Source of the DNA: Nocardioides alkalitolerans
GTDB taxonomy: Bacteria; Actinomycetota; Actinomycetes; Propionibacteriales; Nocardioidaceae
Assembly (NCBI GenBank): GCA_038184435.1
Contig: CP116227.1
Location: 2,943,814 to 3,007,813, forward strand
Reading direction: 5' to 3'
Length of the DNA stretch: 64,000 nt
This document shows, piece after piece, positions 38,379 to 46,049 of this stretch. Both the position numbers and the translations under genes were made by a program. Below the pieces are notes generated by a model. It was not told where the DNA came from. It saw only the letters and a list, made by a program, of their open reading frames with translations, and searched no databases. Within the stretch, counting starts at the first letter, position 1; the number at the start of each line of letters is the position of its first letter.

Positions 38379-39962
38379 TCAGTACTCCCCACGCCGACGC
38401 AGGTCGCGCGGGCGGCCGTCGGGGTCGTGGAGCAGGAGGTACGGCGCGGACGCCAGCACCCGCGCCGGGCGGCTGAGGCGCGGCGGGCGGAGGCGCCGCA
38501 GCCGGCCCGGCGGGCGCGGTCCGACCCGGCCGCCGGCGTGCCAGGCGTCGAGGTCGGCGGCGGTCCGGGCGAAGGTCGCGAACATCGCGGCCGGGTCGAC
38601 GCAGTCCTCCAGCGGGTCGTCCGGGTCCCGGTCGAGGTGCTCGGCGGCCAGGGAGAGACGCAGCCGGCGGGCGTACTCGTCCGCCTCGTCGACGACGACC
38701 ACGGACAGCTCGGAGTCGTGGGTCCACGAACGGCGGTTGAAGTTGTCGGAGCCGATGGTGGTCCACGTGTCGTCGATGACGCAGGTCTTCGCGTGGACGT
38801 AGACGGGTGTGCCGGCGTGGTTCTCCAGCCCGTAGACCGCCACGCGGTCGGGCGCGACCCGGTGCATGGGCTCCATCGCCCTCCGGCGGCCCTCGCGCTG
38901 CGCGAGCCGGTTGAGTCCCGTGACGTCGGGGTGGAGCGGCACGACGACGATGACGTGCAGGTCGGGGTGGGCCGTGAGGGCCTCGGCGAACACCCGGCCG
39001 ACGTGGTCGCCCCAGAGGTACTGGTCCTCGACGTACACCAGCCGCCGCGCCTGCTCGAGCGCCTTCGTGTAGCCGCGGGCCACGCTGCGCTCGCCCCCGT
39101 GCGCGAACGCGTAGTCGCGACCGCCGCGCAGGTCGGGGTAGGTGCGGAGGAGCTGCACCGCGTGGGTGCCGCCCGGCACGGGCGGCGGGGGCGGCGCCTG
39201 CGGCGGGAGCGGGTCGGGCGTGGTGTCGAGCCCGCGCAGCCGGTCACGCAGCAGGATGATCGGGCTGTGGCGCAGCGAGGTCGGGTCCTCCCAGCGCTCC
39301 CGGAAGGTCGTCTCCACGTCGTGCACCGCGGGACCCGTCACGGCCGCCTGGATGTCGTGCCAGGGCGGGCGCGCGCCGTACTCCTCCGGCATCCCCGGCA
39401 CCGGCTGCGGGTCACCGGCGTGCGCGGCGGTGTCGCGGCGCGAGTGCGCGAGGTCGATGCCCCCGACGAAGGCGATGTCGCGGGACGGGTCGTCGCCGTG
39501 GCGGATCACCACCAGCTTCTGGTGGTGGGACCCGCCGATCCGCACCCGCATGTCGAGGATGGCCTCGGCGCCGCGGCGCTGCAGGGCGCGGCCCAGGTTG
39601 GCGTTCTGGCGGGCGGTGAAACCGGTGACGTCGCTGTGGGAGCGCCACACCAGGCCGCGCACGTCGGCGCCGCGCTCGTCGGCGCGACCGAGCACCTCGA
39701 GCACGGTGCTGTCGGGGTCGTCCGTCAGTCGCTGGTCGGCGTCGCCCTGCCAGTCGGTGAACAGCACGAGGTCGCCCGGCCCCGTCGCCTCGATCCGCTC
39801 GAGGAGCTCGGCGAAGTAGGCGGCGCCGTGCACCAGCGGCCGCACCCGGTTGCCCGTGGACCACGCCACCGCACCGGGGTGGAGGTCGTCGACGCGCGTG
39901 CGCGGGTTGCCGCGCTCGCCCGCGGTGAGGAGCCAGCGCTCCGGTTCTCCTCGGTCCGGCAC
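38379..39962 (-). CDS. Phospholipase D family protein
   Basis: Two HKD motifs: HHQKLVVIRHGD and VHAKTCVIDD; GGIDL, GSDNFNRRS. Confidence 0.9.
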   Translation of the reverse strand: MPDRGEPERWLLTAGERGNPRTRVDDLHPGAVAWSTGNRVRPLVHGAAYFAELLERIEATGPGDLVLFTDWQGDADQRLTDDPDSTVLEVLGRADERGADVRGLVWRSHSDVTGFTARQNANLGRALQRRGAEAILDMRVRIGGSHHQKLVVIRHGDDPSRDIAFVGGIDLAHSRRDTAAHAGDPQPVPGMPEEYGARPPWHDIQAAVTGPAVHDVETTFRERWEDPTSLRHSPIILLRDRLRGLDTTPDPLPPQAPPPPPVPGGTHAVQLLRTYPDLRGGRDYAFAHGGERSVARGYTKALEQARRLVYVEDQYLWGDHVGRVFAEALTAHPDLHVIVVVPLHPDVTGLNRLAQREGRRRAMEPMHRVAPDRVAVYGLENHAGTPVYVHAKTCVIDDTWTTIGSDNFNRRSWTHDSELSVVVVDEADEYARRLRLSLAAEHLDRDPDDPLEDCVDPAAMFATFARTAADLDAWHAGGRVGPRPPGRLRRLRPPRLSRPARVLASAPYLLLHDPDGRPRDLRRRGEY

Positions 39963-40099
39963 GTGCCCAGCCTGCCACGCGGGGGTGACGCAGACCACGC
40001 ACGCGATCACGGACGTCCCGTAAGGAATGCGGGCCTCGCGCGTCCTCTCCGCGGGAGACGAGACGCCACCGGCAGGGCCGGTGGCACGGGAGGAGCACG

Positions 40100-40312
40100 A
40101 TGCGCAGGCGACGGGGACGGATCGGCCGCGGCCACGAGGGGCGGTGCGGGGCCGCGGCGGAGCGGCCGGCCCTGTCGGAGGAGGAGGCCGCCGCGGTGGC
40201 CTCGCTCTTCGCCGACGAGCTGCGCCGGGGGTGGATCCCCCGCGAGCGGGACCTGCGCGCTGCGGCCGAGGCGGTCGCACGGCGTCGCGGGAGGCCCGCC
40301 GGGTTGTGTTGA
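40100..40312 (+). CDS. Possible small hypothetical protein
   Basis: GGAGGAG RBS upstream; helical segment LSEEEAAAVASLFADELRRGW; stop overlaps the next start. Confidence 0.35.
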   Translation: MRRRRGRIGRGHEGRCGAAAERPALSEEEAAAVASLFADELRRGWIPRERDLRAAAEAVARRRGRPAGLC

Positions 40313-41748
40313 ATGGGTCTGTGACCAGCCAACTCGCGATCGCGGTGCACCTCGCCGCCCTCGTCGTCGCGGGGGCGCTGACGGTCGTCGCCCTCGTCCG
40401 CCGGGACCACCTCGTCGCGGGTCGCACCGTCGCCCTCGCCTGTGCGTCCGCCACGGTGTGGGCCGGTCACGTCGTGTGGTTCGAGGCGTTCGGACTGTCC
40501 CGCGCGCTGCTCCTCTGGCTGCCGGCCGTCGGCGCCACGTGCGGCCTGCTGTGGACCGTCGCCCGCCGCATGACGGACGCCGCGTGGCGGCCGTCGCGGG
40601 CCGTCGTGGCCCTGCTGGTCGCCGAGCCGCTGGTCGTGGCCGCCTGGCAGGTGCTGCTGGGCCCCCACGCGGTCGTGTCCGTCGGCGCCACCGTGAGCTT
40701 CGGCCCTCTCTTCGCCGTCCACACCGCGTACTGCTTCGCGTTGCTGCTCCTCACCGTCCTGGCCCTCGCCCGTCGCAGCAACGACCGCGCCGGCGCCGTG
40801 CGGCTCCAGGCGGCCGCGATCCAGTGGGGGGCCGTGGCCGCGCTCGTGGCGGAGGCGATGCGCCTGCAGCTGACCGACGTGGCGGCGGTGGTCGCGCTGA
40901 CGGTCTTCGTCGGTGCCGGGGTCCGCGGGTCGGCCCGTCCGGTCGTGCCCCCGTCCCCCGACCGGCTGCTCGACGACCTCGGCGCCCTCGTGCTCGCCTT
41001 CGACGCCGACCAGCGGCTCGTCGAGTGGAACCGGCCGACCGAGCTGCTGCTCGCCCTCGCCGACCGCGAGCCCCGCGTGGGCGACCCCGCCGCGGACGTG
41101 CTCGGGGTCGACCTCCCCTTCGCCGACGGCACCGTCCTCGAGGTGCCGGTCGCCGGGGGCACCACCCGGCTCACCGGCTTCTGCCACGCCCTGTACGACG
41201 CGGGCGACGGCGGCGGCTGGGCCGTGGTGCTCCGCCGGATCGGACGCCGGGCGCCGTCCGCGCCCCCGGTGTCAGCGCCGGTGTCAGCGCCGGTGTCAGC
41301 CCCGGTGTCGGCCGGCCCGGTCCGGACCGCGCTGCACAGCCTGCCGGAGCACGACGCCGAGACCGGCCTGCTCACGCCCCTCGGACTGGTCGAGCAGCTC
41401 GGCGCGCACCTGCAGGACACCGGGACGCGCGGCGCGTCCGTCACGCCCCGCCGCGCCGTCGTGGCGCTCGTCGAGCCGGGACCGGGTCACGTCACGCGGG
41501 ACGCCCACGCCCTCGGTCGCTGGGCGGAGGAGCACGAGAGCCCCGTCGGCGTCGCGCGCTGGACCCCGGGACGGCTCGCCGTGGTCGCCCTGGCGGAGCC
41601 CGACCGTCAGGACGCGCAGGCGATCGCCCGCGACGTACGCTCCGCGGTCTCGGCGGAGGCCCGTATCGAGGTGCTGCACGGCGACGGCGACCTGGCCGCC
41701 GTGCTGTCCCTCATCGGCGAGGCGGAAGGCCGCCTGGCGGCGGGGTGA
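40306..41748 (+). CDS. Membrane sensor: HisKA_7TM-like N-terminus + PAS + degenerate GGDEF-like domain
   Basis: About 7 TM helices; PAS LVLAFDADQRLVEWNRPTELLL; HDAETGLLT (D.LTGL-like) but ARWTPGRLAVV in place of ARxGGDEF; start uncertain (40306/40321). Confidence 0.65.
   Translation: MLNGSVTSQLAIAVHLAALVVAGALTVVALVRRDHLVAGRTVALACASATVWAGHVVWFEAFGLSRALLLWLPAVGATCGLLWTVARRMTDAAWRPSRAVVALLVAEPLVVAAWQVLLGPHAVVSVGATVSFGPLFAVHTAYCFALLLLTVLALARRSNDRAGAVRLQAAAIQWGAVAALVAEAMRLQLTDVAAVVALTVFVGAGVRGSARPVVPPSPDRLLDDLGALVLAFDADQRLVEWNRPTELLLALADREPRVGDPAADVLGVDLPFADGTVLEVPVAGGTTRLTGFCHALYDAGDGGGWAVVLRRIGRRAPSAPPVSAPVSAPVSAPVSAGPVRTALHSLPEHDAETGLLTPLGLVEQLGAHLQDTGTRGASVTPRRAVVALVEPGPGHVTRDAHALGRWAEEHESPVGVARWTPGRLAVVALAEPDRQDAQAIARDVRSAVSAEARIEVLHGDGDLAAVLSLIGEAEGRLAAG
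41266..41310. repeat. About 3.75 x 12-bp in-frame tandem repeat (PVSA) in the sensor linker
   Basis: CCGGTGTCAGCG repeated. Confidence 0.8.
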
Positions 41749-41761
41749 CGCGGCCCCGAGC

Positions 41762-42415
41762 TCAGTCCTCGAGGCCGACGAGCAGCCGGCGCAGCGCGGC
41801 GGCGGCCGCCGTGGCGGTCGGCGCGAGCGGCACCACCTCCACGTCCACCTCGCTCCCCGTGCCCAGCGCGCCCCGCAGGGCGCGGGCCGCGAGCGCCGCA
41901 CGGTCCGCCACGTCGCCGGCGGGGTGGCGGACCTCCGGCAGGACCACGGCGTGCCGGTCGGTGGGGAGCGCGACCAGGTCGTCGTCCCCGGCGAAGACCT
42001 CGCGCGCGACGTCCCCCAGGAGCGACCCCGGATCGGGCGTCCCCAGGCGCAGGACCACCACCTCGTGCGACGAGCCCGGCGGACGGTCGTCGCGGCCCAC
42101 GAGGGCCCACACCAGGTCGTCGGGCGCGACCAGTCCGCCGTCGCGCACGGCGGAGCGGCGTTCCAGCTCGGCGTGGTGGTCGGACCAGGCCAACGTCGCG
42201 ACCCGCAGGACGTCGAGGGGCAGGCGCTCTCCCGCGTCGAGGTCGCAGAGCAGGCGGAGGTCCCCCATCAGCGTCTCCATCGACAGGCCGTCCTCCGCGG
42301 CCGCGCGCGCCATGGTCGCGACGTCCTCCAGCAGCCCGCGGACCTCGGGCGGCAGCGTGGCGGGGTCGGCCCCCCGGCGGCCGAACGGGTCCGACGGCTC
42401 GGGTGCCGGGCTCAT
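41762..42415 (-). CDS. Hypothetical protein: helical N-domain + degenerate GGDEF-like fold
   Basis: ETLMGDLRLL...ATLAWSDHH; ATGA overlap with its upstream paralog. Confidence 0.55.
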   Translation of the reverse strand: MSPAPEPSDPFGRRGADPATLPPEVRGLLEDVATMARAAAEDGLSMETLMGDLRLLCDLDAGERLPLDVLRVATLAWSDHHAELERRSAVRDGGLVAPDDLVWALVGRDDRPPGSSHEVVVLRLGTPDPGSLLGDVAREVFAGDDDLVALPTDRHAVVLPEVRHPAGDVADRAALAARALRGALGTGSEVDVEVVPLAPTATAAAAALRRLLVGLED

Positions 42416-43113
42416 CCGGCGGACCGGCCGAGCAGGCGCGCGTGCTCGGCCGAGCCCACCGCCACCCGGTCGACGGTCACCGTGCACCGGTGCGTCGTGA
42501 GCTCGGCGCAGGCCGCGCCGAACGTCGCGACCGCCGCGGCGGCATCGCCGGCCGCGCCGACGACGACACGGGCGACGGACTGCTCGGGGGCGAGCAGCAC
42601 CTCGCTGCCGGGCAGGTGCTCGGCAGCGACGAGCGAGACGGTGCGCAGGTCGTCGGCGAGCGACCCGGTCCGGTCCTGGGCGCCTGCTCCGACGAGGTGG
42701 ACGGGTGCGAGCCGCACCGTCACGACCTCGACCGAGCCGGGGCGGCTGCGGGGCCGGCTCGTGGTGCCCGGCGGCCCGGTGGGGTCGCCGGTCGCCCGCA
42801 CGCCGAGGAAGGTGTCCGACCACGCCAGGGCGGACTGCTCCACGAGCGCACTGACCTCGTCGGCCGTCCACGCCGGCCCGAGGAGGTCGACGACCTGCTC
42901 CAGGTCGTGGAGCAGACGGCGCAGGTCGTCACCGCGCCGGGCGTAGTCGTGGGCGACGCGCCGCAGCGCGTCCTCGTCGAGGGGCCCGTCGGTGCCGTCG
43001 GGCCACAGCTCGCCGACGAGGAGAGCCAGCGCCGCCGCCGGGGGCGCGCCACGACGTCCGCGGAGCCTGGGGCGAGGACGCGGACCGGAGCGGCCGTGCG
43101 GGCGGTCGGTCAT
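42412..43113 (-). CDS. Hypothetical protein, paralog of 41762-42415
   Basis: RRLLHDLEQV...SALAWSDTF; TAGGAT -10 element 10 nt upstream of the ATG. Confidence 0.55.
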   Translation of the reverse strand: MTDRPHGRSGPRPRPRLRGRRGAPPAAALALLVGELWPDGTDGPLDEDALRRVAHDYARRGDDLRRLLHDLEQVVDLLGPAWTADEVSALVEQSALAWSDTFLGVRATGDPTGPPGTTSRPRSRPGSVEVVTVRLAPVHLVGAGAQDRTGSLADDLRTVSLVAAEHLPGSEVLLAPEQSVARVVVGAAGDAAAAVATFGAACAELTTHRCTVTVDRVAVGSAEHARLLGRSAG

Positions 43114-43178
43114 GGGCGGGCCCATCCTAGGGCGGTTCCGGGGGCGGCCGGGGGCTGCTCGCACTAAAGTGTGACCCC

Positions 43179-43955
43179 GTGCCCACCACCGCTCCCGGCG
43201 TCGCCGCCGCCCTCGACGCCACGACCCGGCTCGTCGAGCTGGCGTCGGACGCCGACCTGCTGGAGCAGGCCCGAGCGGGCTCGACGGACCCGGCGGCCGC
43301 CGCGGCGACGGCCGAGCTCTACCGGCGCCACCGCGACGTGGCCCTCCGTCTCGCGAGCCGGCTGTGCGACGAGCGCGACGTCGAGGACGTCGTCGCCGAG
43401 GCCTTCGCCCGGGTGCTCGCCCAGCTCGCGTCCGGGGGCGGGCCCCGCAGCTCCTTCCGGGCCTACCTGCTCACCGCGGTGCGGCACGCCCACGTCGACC
43501 ACGTGCGCCGGGACGCGCCGCTCGTCTGGACCGACGACCCGACACCGACCGCGGCCGTCCCCGACGAGACCGAGCGCCGCGAGGAGTCGCGCCTGCTGAG
43601 CCGGGTGCTGCGGGGGCTGCCCGACCGCTGGCAGCTCGTGCTCTGGTGGACCCTCGTCGAGCGACGGCCCCTCGACGCCGTCGGCGAGCGGCTCGACCTC
43701 AACCCCAACGCGGCGGCGGCCCTCGCCTTCCGCGCCCGCGAGGGTCTCCGACTGGCGTACGTCGCGGCCCACGTCGCCCGGGCCGACGACCCGCGCTGCG
43801 CGCCGTGGCGCGACCGGCTGGCCGGTCTCCACCTCGGGCGCCTCACCGAGGCGCAGGCCGACCGGGTGCGCGACCACCTCGATGGCTGCGGGGAGTGCGC
43901 GGCGACGTACGACGAGCTCCGTCGGCTGCGGCCGACGACGGTGGTCGCGGCCTGA
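43179..43955 (+). CDS. ECF sigma-70 factor with fused zinc-finger (zf-HC2/ZAS) C-terminus
   Basis: EDVVAEAFARV..SFRAYLLTAVR; AFRAREGLRLAY; HLDGCGEC; TAAAGT -10 element 8 nt before the GTG. Confidence 0.88.
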   Translation: MPTTAPGVAAALDATTRLVELASDADLLEQARAGSTDPAAAAATAELYRRHRDVALRLASRLCDERDVEDVVAEAFARVLAQLASGGGPRSSFRAYLLTAVRHAHVDHVRRDAPLVWTDDPTPTAAVPDETERREESRLLSRVLRGLPDRWQLVLWWTLVERRPLDAVGERLDLNPNAAAALAFRAREGLRLAYVAAHVARADDPRCAPWRDRLAGLHLGRLTEAQADRVRDHLDGCGECAATYDELRRLRPTTVVAA

Positions 43956-44410
43956 GGGCGACGCCAACAACGAGGCGGCCCCATGCGGGCCACGCGACGG
44001 TCACTCCGCCCGAAGAGGGTCACGAACGACACCTGGTTCGCGTCACGACATGGCGTTCGTGCCCCTTTCCCCTGAGCGGACCCTGGTCCGTGACGAGGGG
44101 ACTCGGGCACAGGAGCCGCGACGCATACTCAAGGCATGCCGCCCGGACCGTTCCGCCCACTCGACAGCAACCCGAAGGTCAGTGTCCTGTTGACCTACGC
44201 ATGCTTCGCCACGGCGATCGCTGGTTTCGTCCTGTTCGAGGCGGACGTGGCCGAGCGGCCCCTCCAGCGAGATTGACCGTCGCCCCGAGGCGAACACCAT
44301 CGGGCAGCGCTCACTCGGGGGCCTCGTCGGGAAGCTCCGCCACTGCCACGGTTGCCCGTTCACAACAGCGGAAAACGCAGCACCGAGCTCCCCTCCACGG
44401 CGGGATCTGA

Positions 44411-44440
44411 GGCGTGTTCTCCGCCTGGGCGGAACACGCC
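44411..44440. terminator. Hairpin downstream of the sortase gene
   Basis: GGCGTGTT(CT)CCGC-CTGG-GCGGAACACGCC. Confidence 0.5.
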
Positions 44441-44461
44441 CGGCCAGGCGCCGCGGAAGCC

Positions 44462-45106
44462 TCAGCGGGGCGCCGTATCGACCAGCTCCGCGAAGGCGAC
44501 GAGCCGCTGGTCGGTGTGGAACAGCTCGGCGCAGGTCGTGAGCGTGAGCAGGCGTGCCTCCGACCCGAGGTCGGGGCCGACGCCCCCGGGGTCGGGGTTC
44601 GTGGGCACGGGGTCCACGACCCACGTCGCGGTGAACGGCACCTCGAGCGCGTCGCCGGCGGTGACGAGCCGGTAGGTGTAGGTCGTCGTGCGCGTGTCGA
44701 CGAGCACGAGGTCGCCGACCTCCAGCTCGGTCATCCGGCGCAGCGGTTCCCCGTGGGTGATGCGGTGGCCGGCCACGGCGAGGTTGCCGACCTCGCCGGG
44801 GCCGGCGCTGCCGTCGAAGTGGCCGAGCCCGGCGGCGAGCACGTCGTCGTCGGTGCCCGCGAGCAGCGGCACGGCGTAGTCGTCGCCGAAGCGGGGCACC
44901 CGCACGATCGCGAGCGCGTCGCCGACGGCGGTGCGGGCGGTGTCGTCACCGGCGTCCCAGGCGTCCTCGAGCGCCGCGACACCCTCGTCATGCCGTCGCT
45001 CCGCGAGGAGGGTGGTGCCCCAGAGCTGCCACGCGACGTACCCGAGCACCCCGAGGCCCGCCACGACGAGCAGGAGCCCCGTCGCCGTGAGGACGCGTCG
45101 GCTCAT
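44462..45106 (-). CDS. Class E sortase
   Basis: N-terminal TM; AGHRITHGEP, LTLTTC, RLVAFAEL catalytic H/C/R triad. Confidence 0.9.
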   Translation of the reverse strand: MSRRVLTATGLLLVVAGLGVLGYVAWQLWGTTLLAERRHDEGVAALEDAWDAGDDTARTAVGDALAIVRVPRFGDDYAVPLLAGTDDDVLAAGLGHFDGSAGPGEVGNLAVAGHRITHGEPLRRMTELEVGDLVLVDTRTTTYTYRLVTAGDALEVPFTATWVVDPVPTNPDPGGVGPDLGSEARLLTLTTCAELFHTDQRLVAFAELVDTAPR

Positions 45107-45567
45107 CCCGCCACCGGGGCCCGGCGCACGTTGACGGTGCACGCGGTGGCACCCGAGGGCACCTCCGCGGTGACCTCGACCGAGCGCGACGCACCCGGCG
45201 CGAGGTCCTCGACCGTCGCGACGCCGCGGGCCACGACGTCGGAGGTGGCGGTGGTCCAGCTGACGACGACCGCGTAGTCCGCGGCCGTGCCACCGCTGTT
45301 CGTCAGCTCCCCCGTGACCGACCGAGGTCCGGTCGCGACGTCGCACTCCGCCCCGGCGAGGTCGCCACGCGCGCCCGTGCCTCCCTCCAGCACGGGCGCC
45401 GGGGGCAGGTCCGCCGGGGAGACCCGGCCCTCGTCGAGGCTGGGGTCCGTCGACGAGGGCCGGGGGCTCGAGGGCTCGGGCCGGGCCCCCTCGTCCCCGC
45501 CGCGGCACGCGGCGGGGACGAGGAGGAGCGCCGACACGAGGGCCGCCGTCGCGAGACGACGGGTCAC
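45103..45567 (-). CDS. Putative lipoprotein with an Ig-like (FxLYD-like) domain
   Basis: Signal with PAAC; VTGELTNSGGTAADYAVVVSW; GTGA and ATGA overlaps at both ends. Confidence 0.65.
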   Translation of the reverse strand: MTRRLATAALVSALLLVPAACRGGDEGARPEPSSPRPSSTDPSLDEGRVSPADLPPAPVLEGGTGARGDLAGAECDVATGPRSVTGELTNSGGTAADYAVVVSWTTATSDVVARGVATVEDLAPGASRSVEVTAEVPSGATACTVNVRRAPVAG

Positions 45568-46049
45568 GCGGTCCGCCGACGGCGTCCGCGCCAGACCAGC
45601 GCGGCACCGGCGCCGAGGAGCAGCGCCGCGAGGCCGAGCAGGCCGGCCGCCGGGCCGCCCGTGTCGGGCAGGGCCGGACCCGACGGGGCGGGCTTCGGCG
45701 GGGCCGGCGAGGACGCGACCGGGGTGGTCGTGTCCGACGGCGGCGAGACCACCGGCGGCACCGTGTCGCACCCGGCCGGGGTGCACCCGCCGGCCGTCGC
45801 GCGGTTGAGGATCGGGCCGCCGGCGACGTCCGCCGCCGTGACCTCGTAGTCCGCCTCGCACGTGGTGCTCTCCCCCGGCGCGAGGGTGGTCTCGCGGCAG
45901 GAGATCGCGACGTCGGCGTCGTCCAGCATCGGGTCGTCGATCGTGATCGAGGAGATCGTCACGGCACCCGTGTTGGTGACGTCGAACCGGTAGGTGATGG
46001 TGTCGCCCACCTGCGCGGGCCCACCGCCGGCCACGGCGTTGGACTTCAC
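45564..46049 (-). CDS. C-terminal fragment of the surface protein: 9th repeat + LPDTG sorting signal
   Basis: GDTITYRFDVTNTG repeat; LPDTG + hydrophobic helix + RGRRRR tail; frame continues upstream to the G-tract at 46096-46101. Confidence 0.8.
   Translation of the reverse strand: MKSNAVAGGGPAQVGDTITYRFDVTNTGAVTISSITIDDPMLDDADVAISCRETTLAPGESTTCEADYEVTAADVAGGPILNRATAGGCTPAGCDTVPPVVSPPSDTTTPVASSPAPPKPAPSGPALPDTGGPAAGLLGLAALLLGAGAALVWRGRRRRTA

Noticed and set aside
43956-44461. c-di-AMP or c-di-GMP riboswitch near the adhesin cluster
   Set aside because: I could not match the conserved ydaO or GEMM motifs by eye, and the region is downstream of both flanking genes.
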